From a bacterium (GTDB lineage Bacteria; SAR324; NAC60-12): a DNA stretch of 64,000 nt. The translations under genes were made by a program, and so were the position numbers. This document shows, in pieces, positions 10,718 through 21,624 of this stretch (positions within the stretch are counted from its first letter, which is position 1; the number at the start of each line of letters is the position of its first letter). Where the stretch lies: contig CBDBHR010000029.1 in NCBI GenBank assembly GCA_965205865.1, forward strand, positions 32,001 through 96,000. Direction: 5' to 3'. The notes below the pieces were generated by a model, which saw only the letters and a list, made by a program, of their open reading frames with translations, had not been told where the DNA came from and did not search any database.

Positions 10718-11473
10718 ATAATTCAACTAAACGGACGGGTTGCAATCGTGACTGGAGGGGTCCAGAGGATCGGCCTGGGAGTGAGCCTGAGCCTGGCCCG
10801 TGCAGGCGCCAAGGTGATGCTGGCCGAGGTGGTGGAGGAGCGTATTCCGGCGGCCGTCGCCAAGATCGAAGCGGTAGGGGCGCTGGCGTTGGGTGTCCAC
10901 ACCGACGTGACCCAGGCGAGCTCGGTGGACCACATGGTGCGCGCGACGCTCGAACGGTTCGGGCGGATCGACATCTTGGTCAACAATGCTGGCATAGTCG
11001 TCAAGAAGCACATCTCGGAACATACCGAAGCCGAGTACGATGCGGTGCTCGGCGTCAATCTAAAGGGAACTTTCCTTTGCTGCAAGCAAGTGGTGGAGGA
11101 GATGCGCAAGCGCAACACGGGAACGATCGTGAACATCGCGTCAGGCGCCGCGTTTCTCTACACCATTCCCCACGTGCCCTATGCCGCCGCGAAGGCAGGC
11201 GTTGACGCGTTGACGAGTGATCTCGCCTGCGAGGTAGGGTCGATGGGCATCCGTGTGAACGCCATCGCCCCGGGGATGATCGAGCCGCCAGGTCAGCATA
11301 GCACCAATACCGACGAGGAAATAACGGAGATGACCAAGGCTATTTCCGCCGGGCGCATCGGCCAGCCGCGCGACATCGGCGATGCGGTGGCCTTTCTGGT
11401 CTCTGATGCGGCGGGATACATCTCTGGGGTCACGCTGCCGGTCATGGGTGGCGCTGGTCTCAAATCAGCGTAA
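10718..11473 (+). CDS. SDR-family (FabG-like) oxidoreductase, start codon probably mutated to ATA
   Basis: GRIDILVNNAG, YAAAK and RVNAIAPG motifs. RBS GAGGAGGG precedes ATA at 10718. Confidence 0.8.
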   Translation: MIQLNGRVAIVTGGVQRIGLGVSLSLARAGAKVMLAEVVEERIPAAVAKIEAVGALALGVHTDVTQASSVDHMVRATLERFGRIDILVNNAGIVVKKHISEHTEAEYDAVLGVNLKGTFLCCKQVVEEMRKRNTGTIVNIASGAAFLYTIPHVPYAAAKAGVDALTSDLACEVGSMGIRVNAIAPGMIEPPGQHSTNTDEEITEMTKAISAGRIGQPRDIGDAVAFLVSDAAGYISGVTLPVMGGAGLKSA

Positions 11474-11581
11474 TACCTTAGTTCGCATGTCACTCACCGA
11501 CTATCCTTTCCTTTAATAAATGGCTGAAGCCATAGCGATCAGCGCGTGGCTAATATTTATCTATCTTGAGAGGTAACACTT

Positions 11582-12334
11582 ATGACACCGAATCAAATTG
11601 CTCAAGCAGCTGAAAAATTAGCAAAGGGGCGGCTGGAAAATGAGAGGATTGAACGCCTTTCCGGAGAATTTCGTCCCCAAGACCAAAAAACGGCAATCGC
11701 CATCCAGGACGAGTTGGCGAGACTCATTGGGCACAAGGTGGTTGGATGGAAAGTAGGCGGTGACTTTGTTGGGCGTGTTTTTCAACCAAATCATTTTAAA
11801 AATCTTGCAGCGCTGCCTGAGAAAAACTACGGTCATGCCATGCTTGAGGCCGAGTTGGGTTTCAGGTTGCTTTCTGATCTTCCGGCTCGATCTGCGGTTT
11901 ATGATTCCAATGAAGTCGCAGAACAGGTCGTGCTCGTGTCTGCATTCGAACTAGGGGATTCGCGTTTTTCGGGCGAAAAGATTGATCCGCGGATTGAAGC
12001 CGATTATCTTCTGGCGTATGCAGACAATTCCGGACAGCTTGGGGTCGTCGTCGGCGACGATATTAAGGACTGGCGGGAGAGGGCTCTGCTTGATATGAAA
12101 ATTGAACTAATGGTTGACGGGGGCTCTCCCGCTCCAGGTTTGCCTGACGAGATGCGACGTGAGCCTTTGGATGTTTTAGTTCGGCTAACCAATGATCTTT
12201 CTCAGAGAGGGATTGGTTTGGAAGCCGGTCAAGTAGTGGTCTGCGGAGCGGTTGCAATCGCGCCCATGGGTAAAGAAGCGATTGCGACTTTCGGGGAACT
12301 TACACGCATTGAAGCAAAGATAACCAACCCGTAA
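11582..12334 (+). CDS. 2-keto-4-pentenoate hydratase-like (FAH superfamily) protein
   Basis: GWKVG, EAELGFRL, DSRF, ADN and LEAGQVV motifs. Confidence 0.85.
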   Translation: MTPNQIAQAAEKLAKGRLENERIERLSGEFRPQDQKTAIAIQDELARLIGHKVVGWKVGGDFVGRVFQPNHFKNLAALPEKNYGHAMLEAELGFRLLSDLPARSAVYDSNEVAEQVVLVSAFELGDSRFSGEKIDPRIEADYLLAYADNSGQLGVVVGDDIKDWRERALLDMKIELMVDGGSPAPGLPDEMRREPLDVLVRLTNDLSQRGIGLEAGQVVVCGAVAIAPMGKEAIATFGELTRIEAKITNP

Positions 12335-12519
12335 CCAATTCAAAAAATTGGCTTTTGTGAAGTTCAGGTCTTACCCTGCCGGTGACCCTACCTGCCGTGG
12401 TGGCTTTTCCCGAGTTGGTCTTGGGCTGCCCTCTACACTGGATTAGGTCGCTTGAGACCTGTCCCTTTTTAAGAAGTCTTATTATGTCCGATAATGCGCA
12501 ATCAAAAGGAGAGCAAGAG

Positions 12520-13350
12520 ATGAATCAGAGCAAGATCGATGCAGTCGCCGATGCCATGGCCGATGCCTACCGCAATGGTGGCGCCGTGGCCGAACTGGCC
12601 GAAGCATTATTGCCGGTAAACTGGCAGGAAGCTTATCAGGTCCAGGATGCGCTCGATGAGCGCATGGGCTTTGAAGTGGCGGGTTGGAAAATAGGCTGTA
12701 CCAGCCGGGCCCAAATGGAGGAATTCGATATGGACCATCCGCCGTTTTTTGGCCGCGAATACCGTAATTTTAACCTGAGTTCGACATAAATCTTCAATAA
12801 TATGAGTATCCTAGTGTATATGTCATCCTCGCGAAACTTGTCCCCGCGAAAGCGGGGAGCGGGGATCCGGATTTCAGTCTGGCTGCATATCTCCGGATTC
12901 CTGCTTTCGCAGGAATGACAAGCTTTCTCTAAGATATGAAGATTCCATAACATATTGAATTTATTAAATTCTTATCTCGAAATCAGGTTAATTTTACCCA
13001 ACACAGCCCGGCGCGCTTCCGGATTGCCGATTTTCGCCACGCCCCGATGATCGAAGGGGAGTTTTCCTTTCGCCTGGGCCGCGATCTGCCGCCCCGCGAA
13101 CAGGCCTACAGCCAAGCCGAAGTGCGCGATGCCGTCACTGACGTCGTCATGGCCATCGATGCGGTCGATACTCGTTGGAGCACGCATCATTTCGAGTTGA
13201 ATATGTTCCTGGGCAATGCCGACAACGCCAATGCGGGTGTTTTTGTCATCGGCGATGTGCTTGCGGGCTGGCAGACCCTCGACCTGACCACGCTGCCGGT
13301 CGAGGTGTACGTCGACGGCAAACACGTTCAGGAGACCATCCTCAGGGGCC
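12520..13350 (+). pseudogene. Second FAH-family hydratase, interrupted by MITE B and fused at its 3' end to an IS1380-like fragment
   Basis: GWKIGCTS..EYRNF | TQHSPARF..MIEGEFSFRL is in frame once the insert is removed. The tail GVQPTYKKVKGFHPL resembles an IS1380 transposase motif. Confidence 0.8.
12772..12989. mobile_element. MITE family B carrying REP-like palindromes
   Basis: Inverted repeats AACCTGAGTTCGA / TCGAAATCAGGTT, target duplication AATTTT. Inverted copy at 36181-36436. Confidence 0.9.
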
Positions 13351-13789
13351 GCCATGGCGTCCAGCCGACTTACAAGAAGGTCAAAGGATTTCATCCCCTG
13401 CATGTGAGCAGCCGACAAGGCTGTGGATTTTTGAGAGTGAAAGTCTCTCTGTCGTCAGTTTCCCATTTGGGCGACTAGCATATCCGGTGCGTTTAGCAGG
13501 TAACTGCTTTGCGTTCTGCCCGGAAGTAAAGTCACCGTCTGCTTTGGACGAGAGTTCATAGTGGGAGCCAACAGAGTGGCGAGCAAAACAGGAGGCCTGT
13601 TAAAGCGTCCTTGCTTGAAAATCCCATGCCGTATTTGATAGATCTCGAATCCTATTGAAATATGACACCATTCTGAAGAAGAGAAAGGATCTGGGGGGGT
13701 TACCGTGTTAATTCTGAACATTTGAAATCGTTGAAGGAAGGCGCTATGATTGGAGACAGTCAGCCATTCATTCGATCTCCACTCTTAGT

Positions 13790-14125
13790 TTGAGAAATCC
13801 CATGAGCGTCAATCTGCCAAAACCTGATGAACTGAACATCAATTCCTTGGAAGAGTCTGTAGAAATCATCCGATTGCTTCTTCTGAAAATTAAAGAAATT
13901 GAAGAGTGGGAACCAATTCGTGATCGAGGGTTGGTAGAAGAAATCATCCATCTGCGCCAGGAAACCAGAGAGGGATTTACAGCCGTGGATAAACGGTTTG
14001 AAAAATTAGAAGATAAAGTAGATGAAAACACGCTTGCTGTTAAATCCCTGGAAACCGTCATGAAGGGTGGTTTTGACAATGTGGGCACGATATTACAAGA
14101 GATTTCAAATAAATTGGATAAATGA
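13790..14125 (+). CDS. Hypothetical coiled-coil protein
   Basis: Heptad-like segment LRQETREGFTAVDKRFEKLEDKVD. Confidence 0.55.
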   Translation: MRNPMSVNLPKPDELNINSLEESVEIIRLLLLKIKEIEEWEPIRDRGLVEEIIHLRQETREGFTAVDKRFEKLEDKVDENTLAVKSLETVMKGGFDNVGTILQEISNKLDK

Positions 14126-14398
14126 TTCTCCCCAATCTTTTCAAGTAAAAGAAATGGCACTTTATATATTGGAGTGACCAATGACCCTCTTAAAAGAGTT
14201 TATGAACATAAAAAAAATCTCATAGAAGGATTTACCAGTAAATACCAAGTACGTCAATTGGTATACTATGAGACCACTTCAGAGCTAACAGCTGCTCTCC
14301 GGAGAGAAAAACAACTTGAGAAATGGAAACGAGCTTGGACAATCGAACTCATTGAGAAAAATAATCCTCAATGGATAGATTTATATGAAACGTTTTAG
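14126..14398 (+). pseudogene. GIY-YIG nuclease (YhbQ/SLX1-like), 5' truncated
   Basis: SKRNGTLYIGVTND..RVYEHK..REKQLEKWKRAW. An in-frame TGA lies at 14123, upstream of the motif. Confidence 0.85.
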
Positions 14399-14420
14399 TC
14401 ACCCTGGATCGCTAGCAAAG

Positions 14421-14449
14421 TGGATTCCTGGTCTTCGCCAGGAATGACA
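14421..14449. repeat. REP-like palindrome downstream of the GIY-YIG gene
   Basis: TGGATTCCTGGTCTTCGCCAGGAATGAC, the same family as the palindromes inside MITE B. Confidence 0.7.
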
Positions 14450-15205
14450 ACTCGATGAGACGCATAACTGCAAAAATTGTTCACGTAACATCAGTAAACA
14501 AGTCAAATGTTCTTGGGAAGGAACGCTTTTTTCCACCACCAATCTCATCTACATTGTCTTTCATCTGCTCATCACGCTGGCCGCTTACAGTTTGTTTGTT
14601 TATTATAACGGCACCAAAGCGGGAAAACGCTTCTCCCAAAAAACCATTCAGCAGGCCAAACGTGAAGAAGGCCATCCCAAAAACATTCGTATTATCCTGG
14701 TGGCCTGGGGATGTTTTGTCATCTTGAGACCGGTTGAACTGGTCTGGTGGCTACTCCATGTGCCTGAGAATGCTCAACAAAAATTGAAACAGCAAATTGA
14801 ACCCTGGGTCCAAGACACCAGCGATCTGTGGCCTTTTGAGTTCCCTTGAGTGAACCAAGACTCATCCAACCACAGCCTGCATCTCCTCTATACAAAACAG
14901 GGGATCGCTGTGTCCGCAATGCAACCAAAACAGAGCATTCCTCCTCGCTTGGGAAATATGGGAAAGGAATTTTCTGCTCAAAAGGCCATTGAAAACAAAA
15001 TCATCGTTCTCAGGCAAGGATGAAAAAATTACCACTAACGATGAAACAGAAAAATAAGGAACCTTTCCGAATCACAGTTGGTTGAAATATTCCCCTTGAA
15101 TTTAAGAAATATACTAATATACTGACCGCTTGTTAAAACTGTTACCATGGAAATTCTTACCAACTGGTTCAAGGGGTAAGCATTGGGCATCGACTCACTA
15201 ACACA

Positions 15206-15392
15206 TCGGGACCACGGTTCCAAAGTCGCGGTTTCCGTGTTCCACGACGATTTGCTGCAATGGGTGAGCGCAGGACGGAAACAAGGACCTCGAATTCCTC
15301 GAGTTTCTTCTGGACCGGGTCAGGGAGTTCGAGGCCGGCATACTCCGGCTGTTACAAGAGTTGGGCCGCCTAAAAGGTTTCCAACCGCCCGA
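15206..15392 (+). promoter_or_regulatory. Candidate structured 5' leader RNA upstream of hppA
   Basis: Several nested GC-rich helices in an intergenic region (listed in findings). Confidence 0.4.
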
Positions 15393-15472
15393 ATCGTAAA
15401 TCTGTCTATAAAATCAACGGAAGTTTCGGCAGCATGGACCATTTAAAACTCAGATAAGAAAGGAATCTTGAT

Positions 15473-17611
15473 TTGGATGCAATCGTATTATGGATCATTG
15501 TATTGGGCATTTCAGGTCTGGTAATCGCTCTGGTTTATGCCCGAAAAACGGTGACCATTCCCATTGATGAGGGTGTAGAATCGCCGGAGCAAGCCGAACA
15601 GTTGCGTTCCATTCATGGGGCCATCGCGGACGGGGCCATGGCTTTTTTATCCCAACAGTACCGCTATCTCGCAATTTTTATCATCGTTTTTGCCCTGGTC
15701 ATCACCTTTTTGATCGACGATCCTCACACAGTGGACATCCATGAAGGCGTATATACCGCCATTGCCTTCGTGCTGGGCTGTCTGATATCTCTCATTTCCG
15801 GATTCATCGGGATGAAAATTGCAACGGCGGGAAATGTACGGGTCACTGTTATGGCGAGAATCTCCATCGAAAGAGCTTTCAACATCGCCTTGAGATCCGG
15901 TGCAGTGATGGGATTTGCTTTAGTAGGTTTGGCGGTGCTTGGTTTGATTCTAATATACGTGATATTGCATGCAATCCTGCCTGATTTGGATACGCATATC
16001 TTGATGGAAGTCATCGCAGGGTTTGGACTGGGAGGTTCTTCCATTGCGCTGTTTGCTCGTGTTGGCGGTGGAATTTTTACAAAAGCGGCAGATGTGGGAG
16101 CGGATCTGGTGGGAAAAGTGGAACAGGGGATTCCTGAAGACGATCCGAGAAATCCTGCCGTAATTGCTGACAATGTCGGGGATAACGTGGGGGACGTCGC
16201 CGGGATGGGTGCCGATTTGTTTGGCTCCTGCGCAGAAAGCACTTGCGCCGCTTTAGTTATCGGAGCAGTCGCCTTTGCCGCCAATCTTCAGGCGCTGCTT
16301 TATCCCATCCTGATTTCTGCCATCGGCATTCCGATCAGCCTGCTCACCCTCTTGGTCATCCGGGTGAAGCAGGAAAGCGATGTCGCCCCTGCTCTCAAAC
16401 GCATACTGCTGATTGCCAGCGCCTTGATGGCCATTGCCATTTTCTTTGTCACTTTGTGGCTGCTGCCAGATTCTTTTGAGATCAATGGCGTTGCTTATAC
16501 AAATCTCGGTGTATTTTGGTGTTTCCTTTCAGGGCTCACTGGAGGATTGGTCATCGGGCTTTTTACCGAGCGATACACCTCCCATGATTACAAACATGTT
16601 CGTGAAGTTGCTAAATCTTCTGAAACCGGTGCTGCAACGAATATTATTTTCGGCCTGGCATTGGGATATTTCAGTTCCGTACCGGCAATACTGGCAATCG
16701 CAATCAGTGTCTTCATTTCCTTTCAGTTAGGAGGCATGTATGGCGTGGCAATCGCCTCTTTAGGCATGCTGGGCACCTTGGTCGTGGCCCTTACCATCGA
16801 TGCTTATGGACCTGTAGCCGACAATGCCGGCGGCATCGCCGAAATGGCGGGAATGGGAAAAGACGTACGTGATCGCACGGATTTACTGGATGCGGCCGGT
16901 AACACGACCGCTGCCATTGGCAAAGGTTTTGCCATTGGTTCGGCAATCTTGACGGCGCTGGCGCTGATCACCGCATTTTTAACGAGGGCCAATTTATTGG
17001 ATCCGGAGGCTCGCATTTTGGAAAGCATCAATTTGATCGATCCCTTGGTATTGACTAGTTTGTTTATCGGAGCGGTTTTGCCTTTCTTTTTTTCAGCCAT
17101 GACCATGAAATCCGTAGGTAAAGCAGCCTACGACATGATTGAAGAAGTCCGGCGACAATTCAAAACAATTCCAGGCTTGATGGAAGGGAAAGCGACTCCT
17201 GACTATCGCAAGTGCGTGGAAATTTCCACTGCGGCCGCTTTACGGGAAATGATACCTCCCGGGATTTTGATCTTTGCCACCCCCTTGACAATTGGATTTT
17301 TATTTGGCATTCCCGCCGTAGCAGGTATCCTCATCGGCTCCCTTGTATCCGGAGGGGTCTTGGCAATTGCTTCTGCCAATTCCGGCGGTGCCTGGGACAA
17401 TGCGAAGAAATTTATCGAAACCGGCCAATTGGGAGGAAAAGGCTCTGATGCTCATAAAGCAGCCGTTGTTGGAGACACCGTAGGAGATCCTTTCAAAGAT
17501 ACTTCCGGACCCTCCCTGAATATCCTGATTAAACTTTCGGCTATTCTGAGTCTTGTGTTTGTGCCTTTCTTTGTCCAATACGGAGGCATACTTACTGACT
17601 TTATAAAATAA
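15473..17611 (+). CDS. hppA: Membrane-integral K+-dependent H+-translocating pyrophosphatase
   Basis: [31 protein letters not shown] and [10 protein letters not shown] motifs. Confidence 0.97.
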   Translation: MDAIVLWIIVLGISGLVIALVYARKTVTIPIDEGVESPEQAEQLRSIHGAIADGAMAFLSQQYRYLAIFIIVFALVITFLIDDPHTVDIHEGVYTAIAFVLGCLISLISGFIGMKIATAGNVRVTVMARISIERAFNIALRSGAVMGFALVGLAVLGLILIYVILHAILPDLDTHILMEVIAGFGLGGSSIALFARVGGGIFTKAADVGADLVGKVEQGIPEDDPRNPAVIADNVGDNVGDVAGMGADLFGSCAESTCAALVIGAVAFAANLQALLYPILISAIGIPISLLTLLVIRVKQESDVAPALKRILLIASALMAIAIFFVTLWLLPDSFEINGVAYTNLGVFWCFLSGLTGGLVIGLFTERYTSHDYKHVREVAKSSETGAATNIIFGLALGYFSSVPAILAIAISVFISFQLGGMYGVAIASLGMLGTLVVALTIDAYGPVADNAGGIAEMAGMGKDVRDRTDLLDAAGNTTAAIGKGFAIGSAILTALALITAFLTRANLLDPEARILESINLIDPLVLTSLFIGAVLPFFFSAMTMKSVGKAAYDMIEEVRRQFKTIPGLMEGKATPDYRKCVEISTAAALREMIPPGILIFATPLTIGFLFGIPAVAGILIGSLVSGGVLAIASANSGGAWDNAKKFIETGQLGGKGSDAHKAAVVGDTVGDPFKDTSGPSLNILIKLSAILSLVFVPFFVQYGGILTDFIK

Positions 17612-17649
17612 AGTTCGATTCCCTCTTTTCCTGCAGGTAGCACTACAGG

Positions 17650-18843
17650 TCAACGGACGTGCTGCAGGGCGTTCTCCAAGATTGCCAATCCCTCCTCCAA
17701 CTCCTTTTTCGTAATATTGAGCGCAGGAAAAATGCGGATGGCGTTACCCTGGGTTTGCCTGACGAACAAGGCATGCTCCTGGCAATAATTGCTGACGGCA
17801 GTGGCTGTCTTTTCTTCCTTGAATTCCAGGAGCAGCAACAATCCTTTTCCGCGAATATCCGAAATCATCTCAGTATTTTCTTGCTGCCAACTTCTCATAC
17901 GCTGCAAGGCAAGTCGGCTCATCGACGCCACGTTTGAGGAGATGTCATGATCGAGTAAATATTTGATCACTCCATGGGAAACTGCGCATCCAAGGGGATT
18001 TCCACAATAAGTGCCCCCATGATCTCCTACCTCGAATTGCGCTGCCACTGCTTCGGAAACCGCAAATGCTCCCAGGGGAAATCCACCAGCCATGCCTTTG
18101 GCCATGGTAAAAAAATCTGCTTCCATGTCCAGGGAGTCGATAGCGAACATCGGACCTGTCCTGCAGAATCCTGTTTGGATTTCATCGACAATCAGCAGGC
18201 TGCCATTGGCTTTGCAAAGCCTGGATACCGATTCCAGGTAACCTTCAGCAGGGACTTGTACACCGCCTTCTCCCTGGATCGGCTCCAGGATGACAGCCGC
18301 TACTTGAGGATCCAATGCCTCTTCCAGGGTGGGAATATCATTAAAAGGGATGAATTTGTAATTGGGCATCACCGGATTGAATTTTGCGCGATGCTGTGCC
18401 TGTCCTGTCGCGGATGCCGTACTGATCGTCCTCCCATGGAAACTCTGATTGGTGGAGACAACATCTGTTCTTCCCGTGACTTTGCGCGCCATTTTCAGTG
18501 CGGCATCATTGGCTTCCGCACCGCTATTGGAAAAGAAGACCCGTGTCAGGTTACCAGGTAAAATCTGTTGTAAGAGTTCCAGCAATCGCGCCCGTGCCGG
18601 TGAGTAGGTCAAACCCGAATTGGGATTCTGAATGATCTTCCGCCCTTGCTCCTGCAAGGCATTGGTGATGACAGGATTGGCGTGCCCAATGGAAGTCACT
18701 CCCCATCCTGAAGTAAAATCGAGGTATTTGCGGTTGTTTTCATCCCAAACGTAGACTCCTTCTCCACGCGTGATGGAAATAGGAATTTTATTGAAAAAAG
18801 ATGGGGAGTGCTTGTCTTCAATTTCCATAGTTCTTGTAGTCGT
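17650..18843 (-). CDS. argD: Acetylornithine aminotransferase (class III PLP enzyme)
   Basis: NSGAEAN, SFHGRT, EPIQGEGG, DEIQTGFCRTG and HGGTYCGNP motifs. Start codon uncertain. Confidence 0.85.
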   Translation of the reverse strand, partial: TTTRTMEIEDKHSPSFFNKIPISITRGEGVYVWDENNRKYLDFTSGWGVTSIGHANPVITNALQEQGRKIIQNPNSGLTYSPARARLLELLQQILPGNLTRVFFSNSGAEANDAALKMARKVTGRTDVVSTNQSFHGRTISTASATGQAQHRAKFNPVMPNYKFIPFNDIPTLEEALDPQVAAVILEPIQGEGGVQVPAEGYLESVSRLCKANGSLLIVDEIQTGFCRTGPMFAIDSLDMEADFFTMAKGMAGGFPLGAFAVSEAVAAQFEVGDHGGTYCGNPLGCAVSHGVIKYLLDHDISSNVASMSRLALQRMRSWQQENTEMISDIRGKGLLLLLEFKEEKTATAVSNYCQEHALFVRQTQGNAIRIFPALNITKKELEEGLAILENALQHVR

Positions 18844-19188
18844 CATTGTATCCCTGTTCCTTTCCGTACTTCGTTTGATTACGGATGTTTGAAAATCGTC
18901 ACTCTGCTGCGATTCGTTCATTCAAGTGGCTGTATCCAACAATCCAAATTTCCTGAAAAAAGCTTCAAAATGAGTGAAATTGTAGCAAAGGGTTGGAATA
19001 TAAACAAGGGGCTCCCTCGTGATTACCAAAATGGGATTCCGCTGAAAAAAGTTGTGGTGCCGGAATAGTTGAAATTTATCTTAAGTATCATGCGCAAACA
19101 ATGTATGATGCTCTAAAAAATGAACTCGCTCCTCCTTACAAATTAGAAATGGTGTTTTAAGAGCACTTTTTCGGCAACGGTTATTGAA

Positions 19189-20373
19189 ATGAAACCATTG
19201 GAGATTCCGGCCCCCAACCAAGTTCTTTCGTGGGTCAATCATGAATTGGGCAGTGATGAGAGCCGTATGATCCGGAACATGGCCAGCCTGCCATGTATTT
19301 TCAAACATATCGCCCTCATGCCGGATGCCCATCTGGGAAAAGGGGCTATGGTGGGTTCCGTGATTGCCACAAAAGAGGCGATCATTCCTGCAGCAGTGGG
19401 AGTGGACATCGGCTGTGGGATGATGGCCAGGAAGTTGCCCTTCAAGGCATCGGCGCTGGAGGGGAAATTACACGATCTGCGCCTCGCCATCGAATCCAGA
19501 ATCCCGCTGGGGTTCGAAGGAAACAAACGCGTCGAGAGACCCGTGGATCAATGGAGGGGATGGAAACGCTTCAATGACCTCCATCCCGGAGTGCGGAAAA
19601 AAAGTGAAAAAGCCCTCTCCCAATTGGGATCATTGGGTGGAGGGAACCATTTTATCGAAGTTTGCGTCGATTACGAATCAGCAGATCCTCATGTTTGGTT
19701 GATGCTGCACAGTGGCTCGCGTCATATCGGAAATGCGCTGGCAATTTGTCATATCAGCACGGCCAAACATCTTCGTAAATTGATGGAACAACCCGTTCCG
19801 GACCCCGACTTGTCCTACTTCGTCCAGGGAACCGCAGAATTCAACGCCTATTGGCGGGATCTCCAATGGGCGCAGAAGTATGCTTTCAAAAATCGTGAAG
19901 TCATGATGGAGCGCCTGATGGGTATCATGGCCAGATATTTGAACGACAGGGAACCCTTCGCAGTGGATTTATCGGTCAATTGTCATCACAACTATGCCAG
20001 TCTGGAACACCATTTTGGTAAAGACGTTTATATCACGCGCAAAGGGGCGGTTGCCGCAAACACGGACGATTATGGGATCATTCCAGGGTCGATGGGAACC
20101 AAATCGTACATCGTACGAGGAAAAGGCAACCCGCAAAGTTTTTACTCCTGCAGCCATGGAGCAGGTCGCAGCATGTCCAGAAATCAGGCTAAAAAACGCT
20201 TTTCCATCAGGGATCTGGAGCAGCAGACCTCAGGAGTGGAATGCCGCAAGGACAAAGGCGTTCTCGATGAAATTCCAGGCGCCTACAAAGACATTGACGC
20301 GGTTATGGAAGCACAGGCCGACCTGGTGGAAATCGTTGCCTGTCTCAAACAAGTCCTTTGTGTAAAGGGATAG
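19189..20373 (+). CDS. rtcB: RtcB RNA ligase
   Basis: MPDAHLGKG, GVDIGCG, GGNHFIE, HHNY, PGSMG and SHGAGR motifs. Confidence 0.96.
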   Translation: MKPLEIPAPNQVLSWVNHELGSDESRMIRNMASLPCIFKHIALMPDAHLGKGAMVGSVIATKEAIIPAAVGVDIGCGMMARKLPFKASALEGKLHDLRLAIESRIPLGFEGNKRVERPVDQWRGWKRFNDLHPGVRKKSEKALSQLGSLGGGNHFIEVCVDYESADPHVWLMLHSGSRHIGNALAICHISTAKHLRKLMEQPVPDPDLSYFVQGTAEFNAYWRDLQWAQKYAFKNREVMMERLMGIMARYLNDREPFAVDLSVNCHHNYASLEHHFGKDVYITRKGAVAANTDDYGIIPGSMGTKSYIVRGKGNPQSFYSCSHGAGRSMSRNQAKKRFSIRDLEQQTSGVECRKDKGVLDEIPGAYKDIDAVMEAQADLVEIVACLKQVLCVKG

Positions 20374-20375
20374 CG

Positions 20376-21488
20376 ATGATCTTTTTTCGCTATATCTTTA
20401 TTCAATTACTGATTCCCTACGCCATGGGAGTGGTGATTCTGACCTTCGTTCTTTCACTGGATAGCCTCTATCAGTTGATCAATCTGCTTGTCAGCAAGGG
20501 CGGAGGCAGTAGTGTTTTCTGGCTTGTTTTGTATCGGATGCCCCAATTTTTTGCGTCGACTCTGCCATTGGCGGTCGTAATTGCAGTGATTGTGGTGATG
20601 GCACGACTCTCCATGGATCTGGAAATAACAGCGATGCGGACTATGGGAAGCGGTATTCGAACATTCGTTCAACCAGTCTTGGTTTTTGGTTTGCTGATCA
20701 CGGGAATGACATATTTTGTGACTTTATGGGCCCAGCCGATGGGTTACGCTGCATTTGAAAAAGAAAAAATGAAATTGCTTCGCTCCCATGCTTCCAAACA
20801 AATCCAGCCCAAAGTGATCAATCAAGACTTCAATGGCAAAATCCTTTACGTGGATGGCAAATCAAACAGTGAACAACTCTTGGGAGTGTTTATTGCAGAC
20901 CGGGAACTCAAAAAACAGTCCATGGTTATCATGGCCGATCATGGAAAAATCGCTTTGAAGGAAGAAGAACAAGAGATGAAACTGAAACTGTTTGACGGCA
21001 CTATTCATCTCACGCCAGGAAACCCTGAGATTCACCGCACTGTGACTTTCAAGGCACTGGATTATATTTTTGATGCGCCAGGCGTCCCCGAAGTAAACTC
21101 CAGTATTTGGGGAGTGCCGACACACGAATTGCTCAATTTCGAACGAAAAAAATCCCTCTTGGAATTGCTGCTTCGGCTGACGACTCCTTTGGCAGGAGTA
21201 GCATTCGCCCTCGCTTCCATTACCCTGGGCATCACTGATCCCAGAAGCGGACGTACCGGTTCCTATTTGCGCGCCGTGATCCTGGTCATTGTCTATTACA
21301 TCTTGTGGTTAGGAGCCAAAAACTTATCATCCAGGAATATTGTTTCCCCCCATATTTTATGGGGACCTCCTGCGATCATCCTCACCTACGGCTTCTATAC
21401 GCTATATAAACTGCACTACAACCTAGAACGTCTACCCGCGGTTTTTCAACACTTGTGGTCGAGCAATTCAAAATTCAATCCCTCGTGA
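20376..21488 (+). CDS. lptF: LptF/LptG-family LPS export permease
   Basis: Three N-terminal TM segments, RLSMDLEITAMRTMG, a periplasmic domain and three C-terminal TM segments. Confidence 0.85.
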   Translation: MIFFRYIFIQLLIPYAMGVVILTFVLSLDSLYQLINLLVSKGGGSSVFWLVLYRMPQFFASTLPLAVVIAVIVVMARLSMDLEITAMRTMGSGIRTFVQPVLVFGLLITGMTYFVTLWAQPMGYAAFEKEKMKLLRSHASKQIQPKVINQDFNGKILYVDGKSNSEQLLGVFIADRELKKQSMVIMADHGKIALKEEEQEMKLKLFDGTIHLTPGNPEIHRTVTFKALDYIFDAPGVPEVNSSIWGVPTHELLNFERKKSLLELLLRLTTPLAGVAFALASITLGITDPRSGRTGSYLRAVILVIVYYILWLGAKNLSSRNIVSPHILWGPPAIILTYGFYTLYKLHYNLERLPAVFQHLWSSNSKFNPS

Positions 21489-21624
21489 ACACGAGAATAA
21501 AAGGCATCGTTTTTGGTTTTGAAAGGGTCTCAATTAATCATTTTCTCGGAGTGAGTATTTACTCAACCACAAAAAGGGGCTCTGTCTGAGCCATAATGAA
21601 TATCTCTATCCCTCAAAATCCTTG

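Noticed and set aside
12636-12953. ORFs inside the MITEs (also 795..1085, 36212..36443, 46581..47258)
   Set aside because: These are chance reading frames through non-coding repeat sequence.
15060-15212. 6S RNA on the minus strand
   Set aside because: The 5' GTCCCGATGTGTTAG and TTGAACC segments resemble 6S, but I found no complementary 3' arm to close the rod.
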